Counted from the stretch's first letter, positions 45,219-55,643 are shown. The stretch: 59,943 bases of DNA from an uncultured Candidatus Cloacimonadota bacterium (GCA_964578365.1 CAZOCS010000001.1:1-59943), one strand, 5' to 3'. Numbers and translations: made by a program. Notes: generated by a model not told the origin, from the sequence alone.

Positions 45219-46868
45219 TTACATCTTCTTAGGCGAGGAAATTCCCATCAGATCAAGTGAAATTGATATTACGTTTTGAACTGCACTGATTAAGTACAAC
45301 CTTGCCAGGCTCAATTCTACTTTTGCCTCATCAATGATCTTATATTTTGCATAATATTTATGGAACATTCCGGCTAATTCGTGCACATAACCAGCCAATC
45401 TGTGAGGCTCTCTATTATCAGCACAAATATTAAGAATAGATGGAAGATCCAGCATCTTCTTAATAAGATTTAATTCGTCAGCTTTATTCAATTTACTCAA
45501 ATTTTTATCATTAAATTTCTTCAAAGATAATTTTGCTTTTTTTGCTTTTTTTAGAATACTATTAATTCGTGCAAAAGCATATTGGCAGTAGAAGACGGGA
45601 TTTTCACTAGATTTTTTCTTTGCAAGCTCCAGATCAAAATCTAAATGAGCGGATGGTTTTCTATTTATGAAGAAATATCTAGCTGCATCTTTTCCAACTT
45701 CATCCAATAGATCATCCATAGAAACGATCTTGCCAGCTCGTTTAGACATTTTAACAACCTCACCATCTTCAAGAAGGTTTATATGCTGGAGAAATACAAC
45801 TTCTAATTTTGAATCATCAAGTTCCAATGCTTTAATTGCAGCACGAAGTTTAGAGACATGACCATGATGGTCTGGCCCTAGAACGTCGATAATAATATCG
45901 AAACCACGGTTAAATTTGGTTAAATGATAGGCAATATCAGGAACGAGATAGGTTGGATTTCCATCAGCTTTGATGAGTACACGATCTTTTTCATCTCCAA
46001 ATTTGGTGGAAGAAAAGAAAACAGCATCATCCTTTTCATAGGTGCAACCGGCTTCTGCCAAATAACTTAGAGCTTCTTCAAGAATTCCTTCTAAACGAAG
46101 TTTTTTTTCCGACATCCAGTTGTCGAACTGAACATCAAATCTATTTAAACTGGATACTTGCATTTTGTGGATCTCGTCTAAGGCAAAATTCTTCATTCGT
46201 TCAAGGCGATCTTCTTCGGTCATGTGAAAAAGCTTGGTTCCCTCAATCGTATTCAAATCAGCTGCAAGATCTTTGATATATTCTCCATGATAAGCTTCAA
46301 AAGGGAATTCCTCAATGTTATGACCATGTAACTCACGGTATCTTATCTCCAGTGACTCAGCGAAAATATCTACTTGATTTCCTGCATCGTTAATATAAAA
46401 TTCACGGAATGGCTCAAATCCGATATGATCCATAATTCTATATAGACTATCTCCATAAGCTCCGGCACGAGCACTTACAATATTTAATGGTCCTGTTGGA
46501 TTTGCGCTTATGAATTCAATAATGACCTTTTTATTCTGTCCATAATCAGATGACCCGTAATTTTCTTTATCATTTGAGATCTTTTGAAGTTCTTTATAAT
46601 AAAGAGAATTTGACAGTTTGAAGTTAAGAAATCCAGGACCGGCGATCTCAATGGATTTATAATCCCTTTTTTTAGAAAGATCATCAGCAATTTTCTGAGC
46701 TATTTCACGTGGCTTCATTTTTAAGATCTTTGTGTTTATAAGTGCAACATTACTGGAAAAATCTCCATGCTCAGCAATGTTTGGGATCTCAACTGTAAAA
46801 TTATTACTATATTTAGTATTAATTTTTGCTAGAGATTGTAAAATATCATCATATATTTTTGTTTTCAT
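45219..46868 (-). CDS. argS: Arginine--tRNA ligase (HIGH signature replaced by NIVS)
   Basis: Overall ArgRS layout: ISANPTGPL-NIVS-ARAGAYGD, YINDAGNQ, VKMSKRAG and a C-terminal DALR-type anticodon-binding domain. Length 549 aa. Confidence 0.9.
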   Translation of the reverse strand: MKTKIYDDILQSLAKINTKYSNNFTVEIPNIAEHGDFSSNVALINTKILKMKPREIAQKIADDLSKKRDYKSIEIAGPGFLNFKLSNSLYYKELQKISNDKENYGSSDYGQNKKVIIEFISANPTGPLNIVSARAGAYGDSLYRIMDHIGFEPFREFYINDAGNQVDIFAESLEIRYRELHGHNIEEFPFEAYHGEYIKDLAADLNTIEGTKLFHMTEEDRLERMKNFALDEIHKMQVSSLNRFDVQFDNWMSEKKLRLEGILEEALSYLAEAGCTYEKDDAVFFSSTKFGDEKDRVLIKADGNPTYLVPDIAYHLTKFNRGFDIIIDVLGPDHHGHVSKLRAAIKALELDDSKLEVVFLQHINLLEDGEVVKMSKRAGKIVSMDDLLDEVGKDAARYFFINRKPSAHLDFDLELAKKKSSENPVFYCQYAFARINSILKKAKKAKLSLKKFNDKNLSKLNKADELNLIKKMLDLPSILNICADNREPHRLAGYVHELAGMFHKYYAKYKIIDEAKVELSLARLYLISAVQNVISISLDLMGISSPKKM

Positions 46869-46874
46869 AGTTTA

Positions 46875-47225
46875 CTATTCTTTTGTTTCCTTTTTATTTC
46901 TAGAACCAACTATATAAAGATCTTCTAATTTATAATAATCTCGTTTGTCCTGGCTAAAAATGTGAACAATGATATCACCAAAATCTACTAATATCCAGGT
47001 ACTGGAATTCTTGCCTTCAGTAGATAATATTTCCATCCCATTTTCTTTTGCATTTTGAATGATATTCTCGGCAATAGCTTTGTTATGCAGATCTGCGGTT
47101 CCACTGCAGATTATTAAATGATCTGTAAAATCGGTTTTTCCGGTTACATCGATGTGCTTGATATGCACAGCTTTTTTCTCTTCCATCCAATTAATTATAT
47201 TTGTAATTGCTTGTTTTTTTTCCAT
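46875..47225 (-). CDS. rsfS: Ribosome silencing factor RsfS
   Basis: 116 aa. TDHLIICSGTADLHNKAIAENI...WILVDFGDIIVHIF...R.YY.LE.L matches the RsfS/iojap pattern. Confidence 0.9.
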   Translation of the reverse strand: MEKKQAITNIINWMEEKKAVHIKHIDVTGKTDFTDHLIICSGTADLHNKAIAENIIQNAKENGMEILSTEGKNSSTWILVDFGDIIVHIFSQDKRDYYKLEDLYIVGSRNKKETKE

Positions 47226-47231
47226 AATCCC

Positions 47232-47687
47232 CTATTTAAAATATGTTCTATAGTCTCTACCAAGAATAATCTGAAAATCTTCTATAGTATTATCATCAAA
47301 TGCAAAAATTCTTCGTGAGATCCCCGTTATTTTCATTAAATATTTCAATTTATTTTCATCATTTCTTTTAACTACAATAATCGATTTGCCGTAAATGAAC
47401 TTATTGCTCTTCACATTTTCCCAAGATATTATATCTACATTATCAAAGTTCGAATTTATAAGACTCTCTTTAACCTCACTGGCAGCACCCTTAACACCGC
47501 ATCCATTCAAAATAGATAATTTAAGGGAAGTGACCTCAATAATTTCAACTTCAATATTTTCACTAAGTTTTTTATTAAAGAACATAAAATAAGATGCCAC
47601 ACTAATAAGTAATAATGCCGTGATACCTATTAATGAAGCACGTTTATCTATGCGAAACAAATTATTTTCTGGTTTTCTCATTGTCAA
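47232..47687 (-). CDS. LytR_C domain-containing membrane-anchored protein
   Basis: N-terminal TM anchor, then LSILNGCGVKGAASEVKESL typical of the LytR C-terminal domain. Confidence 0.7.
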   Translation of the reverse strand: MTMRKPENNLFRIDKRASLIGITALLLISVASYFMFFNKKLSENIEVEIIEVTSLKLSILNGCGVKGAASEVKESLINSNFDNVDIISWENVKSNKFIYGKSIIVVKRNDENKLKYLMKITGISRRIFAFDDNTIEDFQIILGRDYRTYFK

Positions 47688-48159
47688 ATTGTTCTTTAAG
47701 TTTGGAATATACTTGTTCGAAAGATTCCGGAATTACTCTAGTTCCACCGATTGCAGACATAAAATTTACATCCCCGTTCCACCGCGGAACAATATGTACA
47801 TGAAGATGCTCATCAATTCCAGCTCCGGCAGCCTTGCCAAGATTTAAACCAATATTCAATCCATCTGGAGAATATACTTTAGTTATTACAGCTTCGCATA
47901 ATTGTACAGTTTCAAATAGATCATCGATCTCTTCTTTTTTCAGTCCATTCAAATTTGGAACATGTTTGTTGGGAACAGCCATCAGGTGACCGTTATTGTA
48001 TGGGAAAATATTCATGATCACAAAGCTGAACTCGCTTCGATATAAGATTAGATGCTTCTCATCATTGTTATCCGATGGCTTGACACAGAAAATACATTCT
48101 TCATCCTTATTTGAAAGAATATATTGCAATCGCCATGGTGAATATAGAATATCACTCAT
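47662..48159 (-). CDS. HIT-family nucleotide hydrolase/transferase
   Basis: Histidine triad GIDEHLHVHIVPRW. PYNNGHLM context (GalT/Ap4A-phosphorylase-like branch). Confidence 0.88.
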   Translation of the reverse strand: MSDILYSPWRLQYILSNKDEECIFCVKPSDNNDEKHLILYRSEFSFVIMNIFPYNNGHLMAVPNKHVPNLNGLKKEEIDDLFETVQLCEAVITKVYSPDGLNIGLNLGKAAGAGIDEHLHVHIVPRWNGDVNFMSAIGGTRVIPESFEQVYSKLKEQFDNEKTRK

Positions 48160-48269
48160 AAAATGCTCCTTTTTGCGACAAAGGCACTAAGACACAAAGT
48201 TCTTTTTTTCTTACAAATCTACTATTATTTTTCCTACTTTTCGTCTGTGTTCGTCTCGTGGCAACAATT

Positions 48270-49025
48270 TCAATTTTCAAAATGCTCCTGTCTACTTATA
48301 AACTCTGCTTCCAGATCTGCTAATTGTTCTTTGGAATTTACTCCAGATGCTTCTACCATGTCATCCAGGATAACTGATGTAACGAGTTTGTTCTTATTAT
48401 TCAAAATTTCTAAAGTATCTGTGAGGTAATACTCATTTTGATTATTATTATTATCAATTCCATGTAATGCTGCAAAAAGATCTCTTGCATCAAAGCAATA
48501 AATACCCGTGTTGATCTCTTTGATCTCTTTTTCTTCTGCTGTTGCATCTTTGAACTCTACAATGCGCTGCACATTACCATCGGAGTTTCGTACTATTCGT
48601 CCATACCTTAGGGCATCGTCCATCACGGCTGTGAGAACAGTACAGGATGCATAAAGCTCACGATGGTGATCTTGAATCTTTTCCAGAGTTTTGTATCTAA
48701 GAAGCGGTACATCTCCACAAAGGATGAAAACATCTCCATCAAAATCTTTGAAAATCTCTTCAGTTACCATTACGGCATGCCCTGTTCCGTTCTGTTGAAC
48801 TTGTTCTACAAATTTTATATTATCATTTTTAGGAACAACATCGATCACCTGGTCCTTTTTGTAACCCACTACAATTGCTATCAGATCACTATTGATCTTA
48901 TCCGCTGTTTTTACAACTCGGTTTATCATTGGTTTTCCTGCCAATTCAAAGATCACTTTCGGTTTATCTGATTTCATGCGGGTACCCTTGCCGGCAGCAA
49001 GGATTATTGCAGCAGTTTTTTTCAT
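48270..49025 (-). CDS. Sugar-phosphate nucleotidyltransferase equivalent to the N-terminal (uridyltransferase) domain of GlmU only
   Basis: AAIILAAGKGTRMKSDKPKV start and GTGHAV. The ORF is 251 aa and ends before any left-handed beta-helix acetyltransferase domain. Confidence 0.75.
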   Translation of the reverse strand: MKKTAAIILAAGKGTRMKSDKPKVIFELAGKPMINRVVKTADKINSDLIAIVVGYKKDQVIDVVPKNDNIKFVEQVQQNGTGHAVMVTEEIFKDFDGDVFILCGDVPLLRYKTLEKIQDHHRELYASCTVLTAVMDDALRYGRIVRNSDGNVQRIVEFKDATAEEKEIKEINTGIYCFDARDLFAALHGIDNNNNQNEYYLTDTLEILNNKNKLVTSVILDDMVEASGVNSKEQLADLEAEFISRQEHFEN

Positions 49026-49477
49026 TTAAGCTCCATAAATATATTTCTAATTTTTTTATTTAATATTGGATGAACAAGATCCGGACATAACTCATTCAGA
49101 GAAGTTAATACAAATTCACGTTTATGCAACTGAGGATGGGGAAGAACCAGCAATTCAGAATTGATGATCTCATCTTCATAAAATAACATGTCTATGTCTA
49201 TCGTTCTGGGTCCCCATTTCTCGTTTCTGATGCGACCAAGTTGATTTTCTATATATAAACACTTTTTCATAAGTTCTTCCGGTTCTAGGTCTGTATCCAG
49301 CTCGATAACACAATTCATAAAATCGGGTTGATCTGTTTTACCATATGGTGCTGTTACGATCATTGAGCTGGTTCTTATTAGCTTAGTGTTTTTTAATTTA
49401 GTGATCTCATCGATAGCTTGATCTAAATAATTTTTTTTATCACCCAGATTTGAGCCCAGACCAAGATAACAGTACAT
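49022..49477 (-). CDS. folK: 2-amino-4-hydroxy-6-hydroxymethyldihydropteridine diphosphokinase
   Basis: MYCYLGLGSNLGDK start and PRTIDIDMLFY..........LPHP motifs. The track ORF has a 49-codon upstream extension overlapping folB. Confidence 0.88.
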   Translation of the reverse strand: MYCYLGLGSNLGDKKNYLDQAIDEITKLKNTKLIRTSSMIVTAPYGKTDQPDFMNCVIELDTDLEPEELMKKCLYIENQLGRIRNEKWGPRTIDIDMLFYEDEIINSELLVLPHPQLHKREFVLTSLNELCPDLVHPILNKKIRNIFMELK

Positions 49478-49485
49478 CAATTTCC

Positions 49486-49842
49486 TTATCTGTTTCTTTC
49501 CATTTCTACTTCTACAGATCCAAGTGAACCATTTATAGGAACTGAAGGTTTCTTGATCTTCACATTGGTGTAAATAATTGATGGAAATGATTTTAAAATA
49601 GAATCTAGGATCGTATTGGCACATACTTCCAGGAGATAGAATTCTTGTTCTTCCAATGTATGTTTAATAATTGCATAAACTTTAGTGTAGTCAACTGTAT
49701 CTTCAAGATGCTTGATCTGTTTATCATGAAGCTGTTCTGTTTCATAAGAAAAATTAACAATAAATCTCTGTCCCAGTTTTCTTTCTTCAGGGTGAACACC
49801 ATGATAACCATAAAATACCATTTCATGTAAATGAATTTTCAT
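49486..49842 (-). CDS. folB: Dihydroneopterin aldolase
   Basis: 118 aa. FYGYHGVHPEERKLGQRF...DTVDYTKVY matches FolB. Confidence 0.88.
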   Translation of the reverse strand: MKIHLHEMVFYGYHGVHPEERKLGQRFIVNFSYETEQLHDKQIKHLEDTVDYTKVYAIIKHTLEEQEFYLLEVCANTILDSILKSFPSIIYTNVKIKKPSVPINGSLGSVEVEMERNR

Positions 49843-49864
49843 TATCTACCTCTTATTAATAATA

Positions 49865-50275
49865 CTAAAGTTTTTTAGTTATCTTAAAATTTAATTTATT
49901 TGCGAATATCTTATCGATAATATATATGAATAAACCACTTAACAACAGCCCGAGCATAGAAAAAACAATAGATAGATCCTCATTTAGCATAAATAAGTAC
50001 TTGCCGATCATATAGAAAGACAACATTGTAAGAATTGGAATAATGAATACAACGAAGGAAGAAAATACTCTTAAGGAAGGTTCAATATTAACCTGAACTC
50101 TATCTCCGATCTCTAAGTTCATATCAGTTTTTATTTTATGCATAATAATTTTATCATCAGCATTGCATATTCCACTAACTGCACATCCTTTGCAAGAACC
50201 TGTCCTCTCAACTTCTACTTGAACAAAATTCTTCTCAGTTTTTCTAACAACCGCAATGTCTTCGTGGTTTTCCAT
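49865..50275 (-). CDS. rseC: RseC/MucC-family (SoxR-reducing system) membrane protein
   Basis: Cys cluster GSCKGCAVSGIC followed by two TM helices. Length 136 aa. Confidence 0.75.
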   Translation of the reverse strand: MENHEDIAVVRKTEKNFVQVEVERTGSCKGCAVSGICNADDKIIMHKIKTDMNLEIGDRVQVNIEPSLRVFSSFVVFIIPILTMLSFYMIGKYLFMLNEDLSIVFSMLGLLLSGLFIYIIDKIFANKLNFKITKKL

Positions 50276-50279
50276 AGTC

Positions 50280-50753
50280 TTATTTTTCTTTCAATTTATT
50301 TATGATATCCGTAGTGGATTTTCCATCAACAAAAGAGAGACTTATTACCTCTCCATTGTATGAACTAACAATATCGGAACCGACAATATCTTTGGGTTTC
50401 CAATCACCACCCTTCACAAGGATATCTGGCTTAATGTGATTGATTAACTTGTATGGCGTATCATCCTCAAAAATAATAATATAGGTAATAGTGCAAAGTG
50501 CAGATAATACAACTACTCTTTCTGTCTCATTATTTATTGGACGGTCATTTCCTTTTAATCTTTTTACAGAAGAATCACTGTTTAAACCGAGTATAAGAAC
50601 GTCGCCTAATTCTTTGGCTTCTGCCAAGTATTGAACATGACCAGAGTGTAGTATATCGAAACAGCCATTTGTAAAAACGATCTTCTTATTCTGCCCTTTG
50701 AGTTCATGAATAATATTTGTGATCTCTTTCCATGTTTTTAGTTTGTTTTTCAT
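50280..50753 (-). CDS. rfaE2: D-glycero-beta-D-manno-heptose-1-phosphate adenylyltransferase (HldE domain II-type cytidylyltransferase)
   Basis: IVFTNGCFDILHSGHVQYL...LNSDSSVKRLKG..RP...E.R...L..L..........DTP..LI..I.PDILVKGGDW matches HldE domain II. Confidence 0.85.
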   Translation of the reverse strand: MKNKLKTWKEITNIIHELKGQNKKIVFTNGCFDILHSGHVQYLAEAKELGDVLILGLNSDSSVKRLKGNDRPINNETERVVVLSALCTITYIIIFEDDTPYKLINHIKPDILVKGGDWKPKDIVGSDIVSSYNGEVISLSFVDGKSTTDIINKLKEK

Positions 50754-52111
50754 TTTACCGGATAACTCCCATTAAAGCATGCATAACAAAAACTTTCAGG
50801 TTTTTCCACAGCTCTCTCCAATTGCTCTATAGAAAGATATTTTAGAGAATCAGAGCCTATATATTCTCTAATCTCATCCACAGATTTATTATTAGCTATT
50901 AATTCTTCACGGGTTGGTGTGTCAATGCCATAATAACATGAATTCTTTACTGCCGGTGAGCCAATACGGAGGTGGATCTCCTTTGCACCGGCATTACGCA
51001 CAAGTTTTACTATTTTATGAAGTGTCGTTCCCCGAACGATGGAATCATCGATAAGTGTTACAATTTTACCTTTGAAGAAATTCGGGAGCGGATTAAATTT
51101 TTGATAAACACTTTCATCCCTAATTGTCTGTTCCGGTTTAATGAAAGTTCTTCCTACGTAATGATTTCGGATCAAACCCATTTCATAAGGCTTATTTTTG
51201 TATTTAGCATAACCAAGTGCTATAAAGTTAGATGAATCGGGAACAGGCACAACTACATCAGGATCAATTTCATCATTTTCTGCAATTAATGCACCGATCT
51301 TTTCTCTTACTTCAAACACATTTTCTTCAAATATCACGCTATCCGGTCGTGAAAAATAAATATGCTCAAAGATACAGTGTTTATTGGTCTTTGTAACTCG
51401 GAAATCATTCGGATCATTTTCGATATTGGTTATTCCGTTATTATTGATCACGATTATCTCTGCAGGATTAACTTCCTTTTTCCAATCCATGTAAAGAATA
51501 TCCAAGGCGCAGCTTTCTGATGCAACTACGACCGCTTTATCTTTTGTTTTACCATAGCTCATTGGACGTAGACCATATGGATCGCGGAAAAGATACATTT
51601 CCGTTTTAGTAGCTAATACTGTTGAATAAGCGCCTTTTATGGTTTTCATCAATTTAGTAATTGCATCAGGGATCGTATTGTTTTCCCGCTCAACATGATA
51701 GACAATATACTTAAGTATTAGCTCTCCATCATTTCCACTGGCAAAGTAAACGCCTCTTTCTTCTAACCAGTTTCTCATCTCATTATAGTTAATAATGTCT
51801 CCATTACTAGATAGAGCATAGGATGGACCCGACAGTGTTTCTACAATATGAGGTTGGGAATTGTACACGGCAGAAGCTCCGCGAGTTGGATAGCGAACAT
51901 GACCTATGGCTATATTTCCTTCCAGATCTTTTAGCTTTTCAGGTGTGAAAACATCCTTAACCAATCCCATCTTTTTCCGTAATTTGATGGTTGTTCCGTT
52001 ATTTACTGCCATTCCGCAGCTTTCTTGTCCTCGATGCTGTTCTGCAAAAAGCCCTAGAGTTGCCATATTGGCTGCATTCTCACTTCCAAAAATACCAATT
52101 ATACCACACAT
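50750..52111 (-). CDS. purF: Amidophosphoribosyltransferase
   Basis: N-terminal nucleophile MCGIIGIFG. PRPP loop IVTLIDDSIVRGTT. C-terminal Cys residues fit the [4Fe-4S] type. Confidence 0.93.
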   Translation of the reverse strand: MCGIIGIFGSENAANMATLGLFAEQHRGQESCGMAVNNGTTIKLRKKMGLVKDVFTPEKLKDLEGNIAIGHVRYPTRGASAVYNSQPHIVETLSGPSYALSSNGDIINYNEMRNWLEERGVYFASGNDGELILKYIVYHVERENNTIPDAITKLMKTIKGAYSTVLATKTEMYLFRDPYGLRPMSYGKTKDKAVVVASESCALDILYMDWKKEVNPAEIIVINNNGITNIENDPNDFRVTKTNKHCIFEHIYFSRPDSVIFEENVFEVREKIGALIAENDEIDPDVVVPVPDSSNFIALGYAKYKNKPYEMGLIRNHYVGRTFIKPEQTIRDESVYQKFNPLPNFFKGKIVTLIDDSIVRGTTLHKIVKLVRNAGAKEIHLRIGSPAVKNSCYYGIDTPTREELIANNKSVDEIREYIGSDSLKYLSIEQLERAVEKPESFCYACFNGSYPVK

Positions 52112-52124
52112 TTACTGCTCCAAT

Positions 52125-52739
52125 TTATTTTTTATTAAAGCTGATCTTGTTTTCATTTCCTTTGATCAAACGCTGTATATTTGCCTTGTGACGAATGATA
52201 ATGAATATAGCTATGATAAATGTGAAGATGAGAATTTCCAGCTCTATAAATGAGAGCCAGATATTTATTATTAATTCGGAAACGAAAAGCGTTAGAGCTG
52301 CTAATATTGATCCAAGAGATACAAACTTACTAAGCCAAACAGTAAATATGAATACAAATAAAGCCAGTGCAAAAGGAATTGGAACTAGCGCAATGAAAAC
52401 ACCTGCAGATGTTGCTACTCCCTTACCGCCTTTGAATTTTAGGAAGATTGTAAATATGTGACCAATAATTGCAGATAATCCTGTTAGAATTAAAATGAGA
52501 TCTGTAGGTTCAGATACTATCATTCTGGCAATATCCACAGCTAGAAATCCTTTGCCAATGTCTATTATAAGTGTGAATACACCAACTTTTGTGCCAAGGA
52601 TACGTAATGCATTTGTTGCACCTACGTTTCCGCTGCCAAAATCACGAATATCAATTCCTTTAACAAGTTTACCCATTATGTAGCTTGTGGGGATACTTCC
52701 TAGAATATACGCAATAAAAAAAGCTATTATTATATTCAT
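52125..52739 (-). CDS. plsY: Glycerol-3-phosphate acyltransferase PlsY
   Basis: Start MNIIIAFFIAYILGSIPTSYI at 52739. GSGNVGATN and KGGKGVATS motifs. The track ORF extension overlaps der. Confidence 0.9.
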   Translation of the reverse strand: MNIIIAFFIAYILGSIPTSYIMGKLVKGIDIRDFGSGNVGATNALRILGTKVGVFTLIIDIGKGFLAVDIARMIVSEPTDLILILTGLSAIIGHIFTIFLKFKGGKGVATSAGVFIALVPIPFALALFVFIFTVWLSKFVSLGSILAALTLFVSELIINIWLSFIELEILIFTFIIAIFIIIRHKANIQRLIKGNENKISFNKK

Positions 52740-52740
52740 A

Positions 52741-54060
52741 TTATTTCTCTCTACTCCTAAAAATAGTTTTAATTGTAGCTCCGCTGAATTTGAATTCCTC
52801 ACGAAGTTGATTGTTTAAATATCGTCTATAGTGTGTGGTTATAAGTTTTGCATTATTGCAAAAGAATACAAAAGTTGGAGGTTGTGTTTTTACCTGCGAA
52901 CAATAATATATCATAGAGTGTTTTCCACTGGAGTGTGCAGGGGGAAACTTAGCAGTAACTTTTTGCAGGAATTTATTAAGCTGGCTGGTTGGAATACGTT
53001 TTTTGCTTTCTTCATCTACCTCTAAAAGTAATTCAAAGATCTTATGAGCTCGTTGTCCTGTGAGTGCAGAAATAAAGATAACCGGAGCAAATTCAACAAA
53101 CTTCAATTCAGCCCTGATCTTGTTAATATGTTTACCAATAGTAGTGTTATCTTTTTCTATTAGATCCCATTTGTTAACAACTAATATTATTTCTTTGTAA
53201 TTTCTTGCTGCATAGGAAGCTATTCGCTGATCCTGGGTTGAGATATCATCATTAGCATCTAAGAGCAATAACACAATATCAGCACGGTTAATACTCTCGA
53301 TAGTACGCATTGTACTGAAATATTCTACTCCATACTTAATTCGTTTTTTGCGTCTTAATCCGGCAGTATCGATAAATGTGAATTTCTTGTTCTTGTAGTT
53401 CAAGTTCATATCAATAGAATCACGTGTTGTACCGGGAATGTCTGTTACAATGTTATCTTCCTTTCCGGATAATCTATTAACTAATGATGATTTACCTACA
53501 TTTGGTTTTCCAACAATAGCAACCTTGATTACATCTTCATCTACTACTTCTTTTGATGAAAGTGTATCAATATTCTTAACAACTTCATCCAGAAAATTAC
53601 CTGTATTTCTTCCATGAATTGCAGCAATTGGAAAGGGATCTCCAAAACCAAGCTGTAAAAAATCGTAAATATCAAGTTCGTCTTTTTCATTATCTGTTTT
53701 ATTGGCAACTAATAAAACTTTATCACGGTGAGGAGATAATATCTTAGCAACTTCCATGTCAATAGCGGTTGTACCGGTTTTTGTGTCCACAACGAACAGG
53801 ATGAAATCAGCTTCTTCAATAGCGACCTCTGCCTGGAATTTCACTGCTTTATCTATACTATTACTTGATTTTGGAATTATGCCGCCTGTATCAACAACAA
53901 CAAAGTTATGGCCACTCCATTCGGCTTCTTCGTACTTTCGATCTCGAGTTACACCTTCTTCAAAATCTACTATAGCACTTCGCTTTCGGCATATCCTGTT
54001 AAATAGAGTTGATTTCCCTACATTGGGTCTGCCGACTATTGCTACAATGCTTTTTCTCAT
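52741..54060 (-). CDS. der: Ribosome-biogenesis GTPase Der (EngA), double G-domain
   Basis: Two P-loops (GRPNVGKST, GKPNVGKSS), two NKxD motifs (NKTD, NKWD) and a KH-like C-terminus. Length 439 aa. Confidence 0.94.
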   Translation of the reverse strand: MRKSIVAIVGRPNVGKSTLFNRICRKRSAIVDFEEGVTRDRKYEEAEWSGHNFVVVDTGGIIPKSSNSIDKAVKFQAEVAIEEADFILFVVDTKTGTTAIDMEVAKILSPHRDKVLLVANKTDNEKDELDIYDFLQLGFGDPFPIAAIHGRNTGNFLDEVVKNIDTLSSKEVVDEDVIKVAIVGKPNVGKSSLVNRLSGKEDNIVTDIPGTTRDSIDMNLNYKNKKFTFIDTAGLRRKKRIKYGVEYFSTMRTIESINRADIVLLLLDANDDISTQDQRIASYAARNYKEIILVVNKWDLIEKDNTTIGKHINKIRAELKFVEFAPVIFISALTGQRAHKIFELLLEVDEESKKRIPTSQLNKFLQKVTAKFPPAHSSGKHSMIYYCSQVKTQPPTFVFFCNNAKLITTHYRRYLNNQLREEFKFSGATIKTIFRSREK

Positions 54061-54247
54061 AAATTATATTACCTTTTATATTCTCTAAATTTAGTGGTCA
54101 ATCTTTGCTCAAAGCTGAATCTGTCAAATTAAATGATGTATCAGATTTAAATACATTAAATTAAATCAATTATAAGTTGAAAGCCCTTGACACAATAGCC
54201 AACTGTAAATTTTTCAACAACAATAAAATAATATTTCAGGAGGTAAC

Positions 54248-55630
54248 ATGTTAAATAGGAACATCATCGAGAAAGTGATAGATAAAGCGCTTTCAAATGG
54301 TGCAGATTTTGCTGATTTGTTTGTGGAGAGTACATTCAATTCGACAATTGCATTTAATGACAGCAAAACAAAACAAAATATTGTTGGTAATGATTTTGGG
54401 GCGGGTGTAAGAGTGTTTTACGGTCATACTGCTATCTATGCTTATACCAATGACTTGAGTGAAGAGGCACTTCTAGGTGCTGCTGATGCAGTTAGCAAGG
54501 CTGTAAAAAGTGGGAACATAATCGCTTCTATAGATCTTACAAAGAAAGAAATTGCAGATATTCATCCTATAGAAATTCCCAATAATACAATATCAAAAAA
54601 AGATAAAATAGATTTTATCAAAAAAGTAAATGATGCTTCTAGGGGATATAGTGATCAGATCAGCCAAGTTGATATTCGTTTTATGGAGAAAAATCAGCAT
54701 GTTATGATCGCAAATAGCGAAGGTTTGCTAGTTGAGGACGATAGAAATTATTCTAGAGTTTATGTTTCTTCAATTGCTTCCAATGGAACAGAGAAACAAG
54801 TTGGTGGAGAAGGTCCAGGTAGATTTGCAGGTTATGAATTTTTCAAATCAATTGATCCTGTGAAACTTGGCAAAGAGACTGCACGAGTTGCTGTAACAAT
54901 GCTGAATGCAGATTATGCACCTAGCGGCAAGTTTCCGGTTCTTATAGATAACGGTTTTGGCGGAGTGATTTTTCACGAAGCATGCGGACACCCTCTAGAA
55001 ACAACTTCAGTTGCAAAAGGTGCTTCGGTATTTGCCGGAAAAATGGGTGAGAAGATAGCTTTTGAAGGTCTTACTGCAATTGATGATGGAACCATGCCAA
55101 ACGAATGGGGAAGTGAGAACGTTGATGATGAGGGAATGGAAACACAAAAAACTGTTCTCATCGAAAAAGGTATATTAAAATCTTATATGGTCGATAAAAT
55201 GGGAAGCCTTAAGACGGGTTATGCCAGAACTGGAAGCGGAAGAAAACAATCCTATAGATTTGCTCCTGCCAGTAGAATGAGAAATACTTATATTGCAAAT
55301 GGGAATGATAAATTTGACGATATGATAGCTTCGATCGATGAAGGGATCTATGCTGCTAAGATGGGTGGCGGTTCTGTTAGCCCTGGAACCGGTGATTTCA
55401 ATTTTGCAGTTGGTGAAGGCTATATGATAAGAAATGGTAAGATCGCAGAACCAGTAAGAGGTGCTACACTTATAGGGAACGGTGCTGAGGCATTATTGAA
55501 AATTAGTATGATCTCAGATAACATGGCAATGGCTCAGGGTATGTGCGGCTCTGTTAGCGGAAGCATTCCAACAAATGTAGGACAACCTGCAATCAAGATC
55601 GACGAGATAATCGTTGGTGGAAGAAATTAA
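54248..55630 (+). CDS. tldD: TldD-family metalloprotease
   Basis: Zinc motif HEACGHPLE. Length 460 aa. Paired with pmbA downstream. Confidence 0.92.
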   Translation: MLNRNIIEKVIDKALSNGADFADLFVESTFNSTIAFNDSKTKQNIVGNDFGAGVRVFYGHTAIYAYTNDLSEEALLGAADAVSKAVKSGNIIASIDLTKKEIADIHPIEIPNNTISKKDKIDFIKKVNDASRGYSDQISQVDIRFMEKNQHVMIANSEGLLVEDDRNYSRVYVSSIASNGTEKQVGGEGPGRFAGYEFFKSIDPVKLGKETARVAVTMLNADYAPSGKFPVLIDNGFGGVIFHEACGHPLETTSVAKGASVFAGKMGEKIAFEGLTAIDDGTMPNEWGSENVDDEGMETQKTVLIEKGILKSYMVDKMGSLKTGYARTGSGRKQSYRFAPASRMRNTYIANGNDKFDDMIASIDEGIYAAKMGGGSVSPGTGDFNFAVGEGYMIRNGKIAEPVRGATLIGNGAEALLKISMISDNMAMAQGMCGSVSGSIPTNVGQPAIKIDEIIVGGRN

Positions 55631-55643
55631 GTGAGGGGATAAA

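Noticed and set aside
48160-48269. Intergenic motif cgacaaaggcactaagacacaaag / cgtctgtgttcgtctcgtggc between the HIT gene and the nucleotidyltransferase gene. It resembles 'ggcacaaaggcactaag'-type repeats I have seen in other uncultivated FCB genomes.
   Set aside because: It is a single copy in this window with no clear hairpin or tandem structure. My recollection of the repeat family is too vague to support a call. The 88-aa plus-strand ORF over it (48163..48429) is a shadow ORF.
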